A stretch of 63,898 nucleotides of DNA, the filler included, from an uncultured Methanosarcinales archaeon (lineage in GTDB: Archaea; Nanobdellota; Nanobdellia; Woesearchaeales; JAGLXL01), in the NCBI GenBank assembly GCA_964472345.1. It is 4 parts of 4 records of this genome, joined end to end, with 100 filler letters (N's around TTAATTAATTAA, not from the genome) between each part and the next. Parts side by side here need not be neighbours in the genome. Positions count along the whole stretch, not along the records: positions 18,933 to 37,682 come from CAYYLB010000018.1; 3 more parts are not named here. One strand, given 5' to 3'. The notes under the pieces were generated by a model. The model saw only the letters and a program-made list of their open reading frames with translations. It did no database searches and was not told the origin of the DNA. Shown here piece after piece: positions 18,935 through 29,169 of this stretch. The number at the start of each line of letters is the position of its first letter. Positions within the stretch are counted from its first letter, which is position 1. The position numbers were made by a program, and so were the translations under genes.

Positions 18935-20875
18935 GCTGGCAAAAAACAGCAGATTGTTAATCAGCTTCTGGAAAGGCGAATCGCCGTGAGGGAAAAGAAT
19001 GCATTCCATCCTAGTGGTGAACGTGGTCCGCTTGATGTACACACTCACCCCGCATCACCCGACCCGTTCGGTACTTTCTCCCCCATCAAGCCGAATGCGC
19101 TCGATGCAAAGGTAGCGATGGTGATGGGGGAATCCCCTTTCGATACGCGCTATTGGACTCTGGAGGAAGCTGCAAGCGTGCGGGCGCTCGCTCGTCAGCA
19201 GTTGCCGGATGAGATAGCAGCCAGCGAAAGATTGGTTGAGGCACTTCAGTCGGATCTAACATTCCTTGAAACCCGAACGCCCGGCATTGACACTTATCGT
19301 ATCGCTGTTGGAGGCGCGCTGCGCGAGGGATCAGGACAGGACATGCAGCATCTTCTGCGCAATGATGTGCTTATCTCGCGGCTTGCTCCGCGATTTGACG
19401 GCCAGACGAGAGAGCCCCTCGCACCCCAAGGGCGGCTGCTCGGATTCCTCAGGCTTGTCGAGACAGATCCTGCTGATTTCGCCGGGCTCATCGATAATGC
19501 CAGAGGACTCGTTCAACGTGATATTGATCACTTCACGGAGAATGCACAACGAGCGCGCGAGGCCCTTGACATTGTCCGGTCTGGAAGCGACCGCGAGCTG
19601 TTCTTCAAGGCAGTGCCGCGGACACTGACCCCTTCCCCCCAGGATGTTGGACACCTCCTCGGCAAAGACCCCATCACCCTGACCGTCGGCGGCAAGCCGG
19701 TGCAGATACGCGCGGGCGTCATCGTCTTTCCCCACGGGACGACATACACCATCATCGAGGAAGGCAGCGACACCGTCCAGCTCGTGCGCGTGCTTGAGGA
19801 CCAGCCGCAGACGCTTTCGTCGCCGGCGGGAGCGCGTCCGTTCCGGGCGGAGGTCGAGAGCGTGCCGCTGTCCGCCTTCGGCATCAGGAAGGAAGACGTT
19901 GCGTCAGGAGCAGCCGCCAGTGGGTTCCGGCTACCTCAGCAGGCACCCGCTCCAACTCCGCAGCCGCTCGTCCCAAAACCACCACCAAGGCCGCTCGAAG
20001 AGATTCGGCGGGAGGCGCAGCAGGCGCTTGCTGATGTGAATGGCCGGCTTGGAGGCGTCTTGGACGAGAGCACGCGGGCGCTGCTCGAGAGTCAGTCGCG
20101 TTTGCTGAGGCAGGTGGAAGTCAGCACCGAGCAGGGAATGCTGTTGCAGGAAATCAACAATGGGGTGCATGATGGAACTCATTTTCGTGCCAAGGGCGTC
20201 CTGCTGGGGCATCCCGAGGGGGTTGTCGAGGGAGATGTCCCGGGAAAGGGAGCACAACTCAGCTCCGACATGGTCCACGTGTCGCCGGACGGCCACGTCG
20301 TGCTTGTAGATATTGCAGGGCATGGGGATCCGCACCCCGTACCTCGGAAGGCGGCGCTACCGGAGTTCGAGGATTTCATCAAAGAACAAGTGCTCCCTTC
20401 GGGCGACGGCCTGTTTGAGCCCGCTCAATTTGATGCGCTCAGCCGGATGGCGGAAAGGATCAGCGAAAGAGAGGCGGGGGATGCCTTTTTCGCAACGGTC
20501 ACTGCCGCAAAGCTGTTTCCCGATGGCCGTATGCAACTCCTGAGCAGTATGGATGAAGTTTACATTGTCCAGCGGGATGGGGGTGTACGGAGGATAAACA
20601 TGGGAGGACCACCTATAGGCATCCCCCAGATAAGGTTCAACCCATCCGAGGTACATACCACCACATTGCCGCCCGGGGACAAACTTGTCATCATGACCGA
20701 CGGCTTGCGTGAGAGTCTGAATGCGGCTGGCGGTGAGGGAGCTCCTGTTTCCGATGATGGATTCAATGCGCTTGTCAGGGAGATTGCGGAAGCCGAAGAT
20801 CCGGAGAAGGTTGTAAGAAACCATGTCCAAGAACAAATTGATGACATCACGGTCCTTGTCATCGAAAGGAAATAA
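18935..20875 (+). CDS. 3' part of a large multidomain protein with C-terminal SpoIIE/PP2C phosphatase
   Basis: Frame open from the contig edge; VDIAGHG, IMTDGL, IDDITVLVI; Pro-rich linker; upstream HTHP...PSPQD. Confidence 0.8.
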   Translation, partial: AGKKQQIVNQLLERRIAVREKNAFHPSGERGPLDVHTHPASPDPFGTFSPIKPNALDAKVAMVMGESPFDTRYWTLEEAASVRALARQQLPDEIAASERLVEALQSDLTFLETRTPGIDTYRIAVGGALREGSGQDMQHLLRNDVLISRLAPRFDGQTREPLAPQGRLLGFLRLVETDPADFAGLIDNARGLVQRDIDHFTENAQRAREALDIVRSGSDRELFFKAVPRTLTPSPQDVGHLLGKDPITLTVGGKPVQIRAGVIVFPHGTTYTIIEEGSDTVQLVRVLEDQPQTLSSPAGARPFRAEVESVPLSAFGIRKEDVASGAAASGFRLPQQAPAPTPQPLVPKPPPRPLEEIRREAQQALADVNGRLGGVLDESTRALLESQSRLLRQVEVSTEQGMLLQEINNGVHDGTHFRAKGVLLGHPEGVVEGDVPGKGAQLSSDMVHVSPDGHVVLVDIAGHGDPHPVPRKAALPEFEDFIKEQVLPSGDGLFEPAQFDALSRMAERISEREAGDAFFATVTAAKLFPDGRMQLLSSMDEVYIVQRDGGVRRINMGGPPIGIPQIRFNPSEVHTTTLPPGDKLVIMTDGLRESLNAAGGEGAPVSDDGFNALVREIAEAEDPEKVVRNHVQEQIDDITVLVIERK

Positions 20876-21069
20876 TGTGCGGGAGGCGATACGAAGCAGC
20901 AGACAAGCTGATGGATAAGAAACGTCGTTTCCCTGGCAAGAAAACACCGCTGTGCGTTACCTGGAACGAGTGCGTCGTCCAGCTCAGTGGGCTCGAATTG
21001 ACGGACAATGCCATGAGCGCTACCGTTCTTGGCGTTCTCTTGGCACTCTTGAAGGCGTCGTCCTGGGAA

Positions 21070-21771
21070 TCAGGAGGGGAAAACAGCTTGCTCGTTCTGC
21101 ACAATGCTTGCAATGAGCTGCATGAAGCACAACCGCAGCTGCTGGCGGATGATGCGCTCCGCCAGCTCTCCTTCCTTCCCAGCTCTTGGGACGAGGCTGT
21201 CAGCCAATGATGTGAGCGCATCAACGATTTGCTGGTACGGCACCGGATTCTGAGTGATGGGTTCAACAAGTGCTGCCGTAAACCTGCCGGCCAAGCCATC
21301 ATCGGGCAGTGCGGCGAGTGCGTAATCGGGGATAAATCGCGCGGCGCGCCGAAGCTCAGCATCGAGTGTGACCGCGTTCATGTCAGGTGCCACAGCAAAA
21401 GGGCCCGTCACGATCGCGCGCCCCCCACTATAAAGAAGCGTGACGGTGGCACTATATGCTATATCCCGCAGCGGCACTTGCCCCCCTTGGCCTTGCGAAT
21501 CCTGCAGGTCTTGCGGATGGCTGGGTGCGGGCGTGTGCACTAAATGAGAGACGATGACAGCTGCTCCGATTGCATTACCCATGCCCGGATACGCAGCGTC
21601 GTTGATGCCTGCCGTCCTTTCCAGTTGCGCCTGAACGATCCAGAGCAGGTCCCTGTTATAATGGTCAAGTGGGACTATTGCGTCGCTTTTGGGGTTCTCC
21701 TGATAGGAATAAGAAACCTGCTTCCCACTCAACAGATCATCGAATGACCGGACCACGTCGCCCCCTGACAA
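21070..21771 (-). CDS. hypothetical protein
   Basis: 233 aa with TATA upstream. Confidence 0.55.
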   Translation of the reverse strand: MSGGDVVRSFDDLLSGKQVSYSYQENPKSDAIVPLDHYNRDLLWIVQAQLERTAGINDAAYPGMGNAIGAAVIVSHLVHTPAPSHPQDLQDSQGQGGQVPLRDIAYSATVTLLYSGGRAIVTGPFAVAPDMNAVTLDAELRRAARFIPDYALAALPDDGLAGRFTAALVEPITQNPVPYQQIVDALTSLADSLVPRAGKEGELAERIIRQQLRLCFMQLIASIVQNEQAVFPS

Positions 21772-22107
21772 TTGCCGCGAGGCGAACTTTATAACCCTTT
21801 CGAAAGTAACTCCTTTCCGGTAAGTATTGCCATGCTGCTCCCCATGTCTACCGTCCCCTTATGCCTGCGGTTCCTGTGGTTGTTTTGGCGGCGTTCCGCT
21901 GGCTGCCGCTCCCTGGCCTGCGCTCAGAGGCAGTGCCCACGGCGTGCCACGGGAACCGCACGATGCCTCGGGGAGCGCCTGCCAACCCCGCCGGAACCAT
22001 GCGGCGCCAGGGAACTCCGCCCGCCGAGCACGAGCCGGAGCCGCCCGCTCACTTGGGAACACTCTGCGCCACCCACTGCTCCGGGCTCTCCGCAGGGGAC
22101 ATCCCGA

Positions 22108-22356
22108 TCAGTATTTATGCCCAACAATAACCTTCTCAAGATAAAGTTCTTCCTTGTTTTCGTCGTATGAGAAAATAATCCTCAACGTACCTACCCATAG
22201 GCGTGAGCTTCCGCTCAGATCGTAATGCAATCTCTTATACCGCGTTGGATTTTCGGCGACTTCCCCGATTTTCTTCTTTATCCTGTCCTGAAATTGCTTA
22301 TCGAGCTTCTCAAAGTCTCGTGAGAATTCCCTCGTAGGCAGGATCTTATAGCTCAT
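22108..22356 (-). CDS. relE: RelE/ParE-family toxin
   Basis: YKILPTREFSRDFEKL..NP..KRLHYDLSG..RLWVGTLRIIF. Confidence 0.9.
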   Translation of the reverse strand: MSYKILPTREFSRDFEKLDKQFQDRIKKKIGEVAENPTRYKRLHYDLSGSSRLWVGTLRIIFSYDENKEELYLEKVIVGHKY

Positions 22357-22528
22357 CCCAATCAACAAAATCTCTTTTTTTAATCTGTTCTTTCGCTTTC
22401 GTATGCGATTCCATAAATTCCTTATCACTCATCAATTCGAGAGATTCAACTATTGCATCAAATTCATCTTTAACTCTAACCAGATCCACAATCGCCTGCC
22501 TGTGCACTTCTATAGTTTCCGGCGCCAT
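22346..22528 (-). CDS. antitoxin of RelE
   Basis: Acidic 60 aa, ESLELMSDKEFMES..VDWDEL; overlaps the toxin start. Confidence 0.8.
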   Translation of the reverse strand: MAPETIEVHRQAIVDLVRVKDEFDAIVESLELMSDKEFMESHTKAKEQIKKRDFVDWDEL

Positions 22529-22752
22529 TCTGTGCTGTAAGGGAACTTACTTAATAAACTTTACTCTCTTGGCGAGAAAAAAGCACGATCCGCACGAAGC
22601 GTCCTCGTTTGATGTTGCTCATACTATTGCAGAGCGTGTTGCGGGAGATGGCATGCTGCCCAGTGACGGCGAGCAACAACGATAAACGACACGAACCTGA
22701 ATCAGTCCGGCCGCCCGCCGCTCCCCCGTGCCAGGCGCCCAAGCGGCCGCTT

Positions 22753-23571
22753 TCACCGAGCCCCTGCCGTTTTCGCCACCCACTGCCGGAACCACGCGAT
22801 CCACACAAGAACCATCGCAAGATTAAGGTACAGCGCAAGCTGCGGGCGGAGGAAGAAGAAGGTGCGGAAGGGGAGCTGGACAGCCTGCAGGACGGCAATC
22901 GTGAGGAATGCCGCGGCAATGGCGAACCAGGCCGGCCCGGGGTGTTTTTTGAAGACGCTGAATGCCGCGCCGACGCTGCGGAAGACCTTGCGGGAGCCGC
23001 TGAAGACATGGTAGGAATGGAAGACGATGAAGAGCAGCACGGTCAGCGCGAGCAGGATCAGGATGCCGTTCGCCACGTTGAACACGGCGGGGCTGGCGGT
23101 GAAGATCCCGATGACAACACGGACAACAATCATCACCACGATGATGCCGGCGGCGACGGGGAGCAGCGCAAGATTGAGGAGGTTCCACTTCCAGTGCTGC
23201 CTGAAGCGGAAGCTGCCGAGCGGCCTGCCGCTGATCAGGTGCCAGTTGAGCGCGCGGCTGAGCGAGAAGAGAAGGAAGAAGAGCAGCGGCAGGAGCAGGA
23301 TGATGCCGAGAAACTGCACGACGAACGACTGCAGCTGGGCGGTGTATGCCTGGAGCTGCTCGGGCTGCAGGCTGAGAAGGAAGCTCTGGAATGCCTCAGG
23401 AGTCATGCCGCCGGACAATGCAACGGTCCTCCTGCGGAAGAGCTGCACAGCCAGACTGAAGAGGATGGAGATAATGGCAAGGCAGATGCTGTCAACGGCA
23501 AGCGTGGCGAAGAATGCCTTGCCCAGGGAGAATGAGCTCCGGTAGCTGTCCATGCAGAGCCTGAGCGCCAT
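22753..23571 (-). CDS. multi-pass membrane protein
   Basis: About six TM segments; last gene of the minus-strand operon. Confidence 0.8.
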   Translation of the reverse strand: MALRLCMDSYRSSFSLGKAFFATLAVDSICLAIISILFSLAVQLFRRRTVALSGGMTPEAFQSFLLSLQPEQLQAYTAQLQSFVVQFLGIILLLPLLFFLLFSLSRALNWHLISGRPLGSFRFRQHWKWNLLNLALLPVAAGIIVVMIVVRVVIGIFTASPAVFNVANGILILLALTVLLFIVFHSYHVFSGSRKVFRSVGAAFSVFKKHPGPAWFAIAAAFLTIAVLQAVQLPFRTFFFLRPQLALYLNLAMVLVWIAWFRQWVAKTAGAR

Positions 23572-23573
23572 GC

Positions 23574-25916
23574 CTACCAGTCCACCTCCGCCGGCGCCTG
23601 GGCTGCCGCTGTCCCGGCGCCCTGCGCATTCTCAAAGCTGCCCGTGCCCTCGACGATGTCGGCGCAGATTTCCGTGACCTCGCCGCCCCTTCCCACGGCC
23701 TTCTTGCCGAAGACGACGCAGGCCTTCGTATAGAGGCGCGGGGAGTATTTGACGATCGTGTCCTTGCTGACCTCGCCGTTCTGCACCTCGACGAATGCGG
23801 GGAGGATGGGCACGGACTTCTCCGGCCCTGTTACCACGACGTTGAAGCTGACGGCGCCCGTTTCATCGGCAAAGGGGGTGAGCTTCTCGTCGTCCGGGGC
23901 CGTGACGCCGTAGCTGATCTTGTAGAAGAACTCCTGCACGGGCTGGCCGTTGAGGATGCAGACATTGTCCTTGGTTCGGCAGGATCCCTTGGCGCAGCTC
24001 CCGCCCTGGCTGCAGAGCAGCGGCACCGGGGGGGAGCGCTCCGCCTGGATGTTGCCGATGAACTGCACGAGGCCGCCGGAGCGCTCGATGGCCGCGACGC
24101 TGCCGCCGACGACGCCGAACTCGCCCTGGCAGACGGCGGATTCCCAGTACTCCACGCCGAGGTACGCCGAGGCGAATGCCTGGTCCATCGTCTCGCGCCA
24201 GCCGGACATGAACTCCCGCCCGAAGAGCAGCGAGGAGAGCTCGTGGTACGGGCGGTAGATGGATGCGTACTGGCCCACGCGCGCCGCTTTTGAAAGGCCG
24301 TTCCAGAAGAGGTTGGGATTCGCAACAACGCCGAAAAGATTAAAGCCGCCTCCGGGAATCAATGTGGGATTATTCTTTTCCCAATCGTCTGCTTTCTTTA
24401 CGAGCTTGTCCTGCGTTTCGCCCGGAACCGGCTCGCGGTAGAGGCTGCCGTCCTCCCGCTTCTTTATCTCGTGCCACCATCCGCCGGGGCCGATGATGAA
24501 GTCGCCGTCGCTGAGTTTTCCGTCACCCTTGTTTCCATTCACCGGTGTATCCACCCACGCGTCTTCGACGGCGTAGGCATCAGCATTAGTGTCCAACCCT
24601 GTGATCGTATCGGGCTTCTCATCGCGCTTGTAAATCGCCCCCGTCTGCCGGTCGTAATAGTCCATAACCTTATTACCCTGCGCATACAGGTTGCCGCTGC
24701 GGTCATAGACGTAGATGCGCTTGTTGACCCCATCCAGCTCCCGCTCCGTCCACCCGCCTGCCTCTCCTTCGGTGTGAGGAACGATGACCCTGCTGCCATC
24801 TGCTTCCCTGAACTGGGGGGGTGTTTTAACCGTACCAGTTTGCTCAGGCTCATAGTTCCACTTCCCCGAGTACTCCTCAACCTCACTTCCCGAGGGATTC
24901 CTGATGATCAGCCCTGCCTGCGAACGCTCGAAGGACATGTCTGCGGTGGTGATGGTGGTCTTGTCGGCTTGCACGGCAGTAATATCGGCAGCGCCAGCGG
25001 ACCATTCGCGGGTGAGGGTGTAGCCTTCTTTTTTCTCAATTATTTCAGTCGTCTTGGGCAACGCGTCGGGGGCACTGCTGAAGGTCCGTGCCGTGGTTAT
25101 CTTGCCTCCATCGTAGGTCACCTGCCTTTTATCGCTGTAATGAAATGTTACCCCCCCTTCTGAAACGGAAACAAGGCCGTTAAGGTCAAGCTGCTTTGCT
25201 GTGTCGGCCGCAATAGATTTAGGGGCGGCTTCTCCAATTTGTATGGTTGGACCTCCACTCTTTGGAATCGTAACAATCGCTCCCTCGCTCCCGAAACGGT
25301 ATTTTTCTTTATTAATGTCATTCGACATCCATGTGTCGGTGCTACGCTCATAATAGTGTGTCCAGATATTACTAGAAAACACCTTCCCGAGTTGGGTATC
25401 TGTGAGACTGACGGTGCCTCCACCTTCAAGCTGCACAGTTTTCAAACCTGAGGCTGAACTTGTAGTGGGAGCGGCAACTGGAGCGGGAGGCGGTGTCGCA
25501 GTTGGTGTGCCTGCTGGCGGCGGCCCGGTTGGCGCGGGCGGCTGCTGAGGCGCTCCACCCGGCGCGGCTGTAGCTGGGGGGGGTGGTGTATACTGGGCTG
25601 TGGTCTTGTAAGTTTTGGCGAACTCATCGAGGTCGGGTATATTCTTCGTGAGACCACTATCAGCATAAAAATTGGTCACAGCTTTCTTTTGAACCGAATA
25701 GATGGCTTCACTACTACCCCCCGGGACCGAACTGATAAACTTACCCCCATCTTGATATGTCCACTCCTTTGTAGTCGGCTGTTGACTTTTATCGGCGTAT
25801 GTAACCTGTTCATATACCTTTTGACCTGTAGTGAGTATATAGTTATTTTGGCCCACCACTACGCCCGCAGCTATGAGTGCCATCACCAACAAAACAACCA
25901 CAATCCTTCGTCTCAT
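23574..25916 (-). CDS. large exported protein with Pro/Ala/Thr linker and Cys-containing C-terminal domain
   Basis: Signal peptide MRRRIVVVLLVMALI; ATGA overlap with the upstream gene. Confidence 0.8.
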   Translation of the reverse strand: MRRRIVVVLLVMALIAAGVVVGQNNYILTTGQKVYEQVTYADKSQQPTTKEWTYQDGGKFISSVPGGSSEAIYSVQKKAVTNFYADSGLTKNIPDLDEFAKTYKTTAQYTPPPPATAAPGGAPQQPPAPTGPPPAGTPTATPPPAPVAAPTTSSASGLKTVQLEGGGTVSLTDTQLGKVFSSNIWTHYYERSTDTWMSNDINKEKYRFGSEGAIVTIPKSGGPTIQIGEAAPKSIAADTAKQLDLNGLVSVSEGGVTFHYSDKRQVTYDGGKITTARTFSSAPDALPKTTEIIEKKEGYTLTREWSAGAADITAVQADKTTITTADMSFERSQAGLIIRNPSGSEVEEYSGKWNYEPEQTGTVKTPPQFREADGSRVIVPHTEGEAGGWTERELDGVNKRIYVYDRSGNLYAQGNKVMDYYDRQTGAIYKRDEKPDTITGLDTNADAYAVEDAWVDTPVNGNKGDGKLSDGDFIIGPGGWWHEIKKREDGSLYREPVPGETQDKLVKKADDWEKNNPTLIPGGGFNLFGVVANPNLFWNGLSKAARVGQYASIYRPYHELSSLLFGREFMSGWRETMDQAFASAYLGVEYWESAVCQGEFGVVGGSVAAIERSGGLVQFIGNIQAERSPPVPLLCSQGGSCAKGSCRTKDNVCILNGQPVQEFFYKISYGVTAPDDEKLTPFADETGAVSFNVVVTGPEKSVPILPAFVEVQNGEVSKDTIVKYSPRLYTKACVVFGKKAVGRGGEVTEICADIVEGTGSFENAQGAGTAAAQAPAEVDW

Positions 25917-27091
25917 CGTTCCTCTCCGGCCGATACCGCCTGCTTCCTTGGCCACTTTTGCATAACGTTTCCGCAAATGATCTGGTAATCGGCAGGATTC
26001 AGCTTGCTCAGCTCGACGGCCTGCTGCTGCGGATCGGTCTGGATAGTGAGGTGAGGGTACTTCCCTTCCTGCTGCAGCCGCTGCACTTCCGCCATCATCG
26101 CGCCAGCGACAACCGGCCCGTGAGTGGGAGTGGGAGGGATTGTAAAGCCGAACTCAGGGACCATCTCCCCGACCGCCCACCGCGGCGTATGGAGGTAGCC
26201 TGCAGCGATGGTGAGCATCTCCGCTGCAGCAATCTCTTGCAGCTTGTCTGCGCAAATAAGATTGTTCCTTGCATAGGCGCGGGCGACCGTGTCGAACACG
26301 ACCTCATCAATGCAGTCAAGCAGGACACGCTCCTTGAAGAGCGACTCACGGAGGTGGGCGTATCGCTCGTATTCATTCCTCACGAGAGCGAAGTACACAT
26401 CCCAGCACGGGCTGCGCCCGTTCGGGGAAAACCCTGGCTGCTCGCCGCGGACGATGCCCCAGGCATAATCCACAAAGCGGATGATGGGATCGAGGATCAC
26501 CAGCATCCTGCCCTGCGCTGCATCGAAATGGCTCCTGTTTCTCTGCCCGGAATTAAACGCACCGTAGATCACGCCGTCGTAATCAGGGATGTACACATGG
26601 TTCGTGATGGTGACGGTAACGGGAAACTCCTCTCCGCCGACGTGAACATTCCTCCCTGTGCGGCCGACAAAATCGCCAACAATGATATCATCAGCAGTGC
26701 CTGAGGGATTCGGAAAGAACGCAAATACCTTTCCCCGCTCCTCAAACCACCGTTCGACATCCGCGACGGTCGAAAGCCGCGTGCCCGCCTTTTCGCTGAC
26801 GATAGCAGTGATCGTGGCGCTGACATCCTCACCGCTGACCCCAGACCATTCCGGCTGGCGCCCGGCGCGACCAATATAATATGGGACAACGAACACTTTG
26901 AGCCCTTCGATGACTTCCTCAACCACTGCTTCGTCTTCCCATTGATCAAGCCGCCCCTGCGCCGTTCCATCGGCAGGCACCTCCTCCTGCACGCTCTCTT
27001 CGAGCGGCGGCTCCTGCGCGCTGAGCGTCCCGCCGCCCACAAGCGCCCCCGCCGCGAGCACAATGCCGGTGAGGCTCCGCTTTCCCATCAT
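25913..27091 (-). CDS. exported hypothetical protein
   Basis: Signal peptide MMGKRSLTGIVLAAGAL..SAQ; ATGA overlap with the MNT stop. Confidence 0.7.
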   Translation of the reverse strand: MMGKRSLTGIVLAAGALVGGGTLSAQEPPLEESVQEEVPADGTAQGRLDQWEDEAVVEEVIEGLKVFVVPYYIGRAGRQPEWSGVSGEDVSATITAIVSEKAGTRLSTVADVERWFEERGKVFAFFPNPSGTADDIIVGDFVGRTGRNVHVGGEEFPVTVTITNHVYIPDYDGVIYGAFNSGQRNRSHFDAAQGRMLVILDPIIRFVDYAWGIVRGEQPGFSPNGRSPCWDVYFALVRNEYERYAHLRESLFKERVLLDCIDEVVFDTVARAYARNNLICADKLQEIAAAEMLTIAAGYLHTPRWAVGEMVPEFGFTIPPTPTHGPVVAGAMMAEVQRLQQEGKYPHLTIQTDPQQQAVELSKLNPADYQIICGNVMQKWPRKQAVSAGEER

Positions 27092-27690
27092 GCCGCCCCC
27101 CGCCAGGAGCCGATCAGCGTGCCGACGACCCCGTCGATGTCGCCGAACAGGAGGTGGCTTTCGGCAACCTCGATCGCCAGCGGCCGCTGCTCCCGCATGG
27201 ACTTCTCCCACTCGCGGCGGCTCACAAACTCCATGTTGACCGTTCGAGGATAGCCCCGCGCGATGGCCCGCATCCTCCCCGCATCCGCCCTGCCGATGAC
27301 GAGCAGATCGACGTCCGAGCCGCTCTTTTCGGTTCCCTTCGCGAAAGAGCCGAAGACGATGATCGCTTCCGCATGGGGCAGCAGGTCTTCGAGCACCACG
27401 CGCAGCTCGGCGTTGTGCAGGGCGTTGAGCGCACGCCAGTGCTCCATCAGCAGGACCATCAGCCGCGCCGCAAGGCTGTCGAGGTTGAGCAGGTATTCCC
27501 TGTTCCTTCCCTTCCGCGTTGAGCGGAGGATGCCCTGCTGCACCAGCTGGTTGAGTGATGTAAGCGCCGTTTGGGGGCTGAGCGAAAGCCTACGAGCAAT
27601 CTCCCTGCCGGAAATGGAACTCGTGTCGCGGCCTGTGCACAGCGCGATTATGTCCAATTTTTTAGATATGTGTCTATTTTTTTGTTTCAT
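27088..27690 (-). CDS. wHTH-MNT nucleotidyltransferase
   Basis: SGREIARRL HTH; VFGSFAKG..SDVDL. Confidence 0.88.
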   Translation of the reverse strand: MKQKNRHISKKLDIIALCTGRDTSSISGREIARRLSLSPQTALTSLNQLVQQGILRSTRKGRNREYLLNLDSLAARLMVLLMEHWRALNALHNAELRVVLEDLLPHAEAIIVFGSFAKGTEKSGSDVDLLVIGRADAGRMRAIARGYPRTVNMEFVSRREWEKSMREQRPLAIEVAESHLLFGDIDGVVGTLIGSWRGAA

Positions 27691-28117
27691 TGGATACCAC
27701 GGACCGGAGTCCCGCGATGTCGAGGTCGGGGAGTACCTGCTTGCACTTGAAGACAAACGCCTTCACCTGCTGCTCATCGCGCAGCTCCCGCTCCTTTAAG
27801 TAGTATTGAGCGTCGATACGGTCGCTCTTGAGTGATTCCACGAATCCCGCCTCCGACGGCGTAAACTGCGGAATATGCCTCATCAACTCGAGCGAGCATT
27901 CATGAATCTCGGATTTGATGCCGGCGTGCATCAGGAGGGCATAGAGCGCATTGTAGCAGGCGTAGTATGCAATGATCACCTTCCATTTTCCGCGGTTGGT
28001 CATCATCGCCTCAATCGTATTCTCCGCCTCAAGCAAATAACTCCTGCTGAGGTTTTTGTTTGGCTCGATGAGCTCGATTCCCCGTTCCTGCTGCACGCAC
28101 CAGGCAAGTTTCCCCAT
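27674..28117 (-). CDS. HEPN domain protein
   Basis: AYYACYNA, GIKSEIHEC, RIDAQY; paralog of 1212-1724. Confidence 0.85.
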   Translation of the reverse strand: MGKLAWCVQQERGIELIEPNKNLSRSYLLEAENTIEAMMTNRGKWKVIIAYYACYNALYALLMHAGIKSEIHECSLELMRHIPQFTPSEAGFVESLKSDRIDAQYYLKERELRDEQQVKAFVFKCKQVLPDLDIAGLRSVVSNETKK

Positions 28118-28290
28118 CACGCCACCCCCCCGCAACCCGCGAGGACAGCGGCAAAGCTGCCAGCCTTCCGGGGCATGCCGGTATCGCGCGCAATGCGGCT
28201 CGCGTGAAGCCCGGCGGCGTCGCGGGAGGTGAAGGGGGCTGCTCCCTCTGCGTTTTGGCCTGCATCAGCCATTTTTCCTCTCTCAATCCT

Positions 28291-28355
28291 GCTTTCTTTT
28301 TTCATCACAGCACCTGGCTGCTATAGTCTGCCTTGATCTGCTTGAACCCTGCGGC
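28291..28355 (-). repeat. diverged duplicate of 29156-29220 (3' end of the 1008-aa gene)
   Basis: Gapless 50/65 nt identity; encodes AGFKQIKADYSSQVL* versus AGFKTIKQDYCSRVL*. Confidence 0.85.
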
Positions 28356-28468
28356 TGTCACCGTGACTCCGCTCAAAACGCCACGAGCGGCGTGAGCACC
28401 ACCCTATGGCGGGGAACGAAATATTTAAATACAGCTGTTGGTTCGAGATGCGCATGGAAGAAGGGGCT

Positions 28469-28591
28469 ATGAGCAAGGAAGAGAAAGACAACCGGTTCAT
28501 CGAATTAGTGCGGGCGCTCCGTTCACTGCCCAAAGGAAAGTTCGAAGGCATGTCGGCTCCCCAAATTGCGCATTTCATACGGACTCACTAG
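28469..28591 (+). CDS. possible small antitoxin, convergent with the PIN gene
   Basis: 40 aa, TTTAAATA upstream, C-terminal SAPQIAHFIR. Confidence 0.4.
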   Translation: MSKEEKDNRFIELVRALRSLPKGKFEGMSAPQIAHFIRTH

Positions 28592-29030
28592 GTTGCTGGA
28601 TTATCAGATTATATCTTTTTCTTACGGTTCCCCGCAGGGTTTCCGCATGGAGGAAATCGCTATCGAATGTCAGAAACTTGCTGGCTTTGTGTGCGATTGC
28701 GGAAGCAAGGATAAGCAGATCCATCGGCTCCAATCGGTAATCAATCTCTTTTAAATCGTTGATAATCGTGAAAACCCGGCTCTCCGGAGTATAGATGCCA
28801 ATGGTGTACCAGCCAAACAGATGCTTTAAGTAATCAAAAGCGGGTTCCATTCTTTCGCGGGGCCCTTCTTTTATCACTTTAAGAATTTCGCCCAAAACAA
28901 TCGTGGTGAATATCACGGTAAACTTTTTCTTCTGCCCTGAAAGCTGCCAGAGCTTTGGCAGGATGTCCGGGCGGACTTCTTCAAACATGTCGGCAAGCAC
29001 CACTGAGCTATCGACGTGGTACCGGTTCAT
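28575..29030 (-). CDS. PIN-domain (VapC-like) protein
   Basis: HVDSSVV, VLGEI, MDLLILASA, LTFDSDF. Confidence 0.85.
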   Translation of the reverse strand: MNRYHVDSSVVLADMFEEVRPDILPKLWQLSGQKKKFTVIFTTIVLGEILKVIKEGPRERMEPAFDYLKHLFGWYTIGIYTPESRVFTIINDLKEIDYRLEPMDLLILASAIAHKASKFLTFDSDFLHAETLRGTVRKRYNLIIQQPSESV

Positions 29031-29169
29031 TCTCTGGTCACCCTTCCCATCACATTCAGTACACCAACCGGCATGATACTTCTTATGATGGGGCCTTTTT
29101 TTTTGCGGAGGCAACACCAGGTCTCCTCAGGCCCGTTTCTTAGGCGCATGAGGGAGCTTTCTTTTTCCA

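Noticed and set aside
16544..20875. RsbW-like kinase and PP2C gene as one signalling locus
   Set aside because: A contig linker separates them, so their proximity is an artefact.
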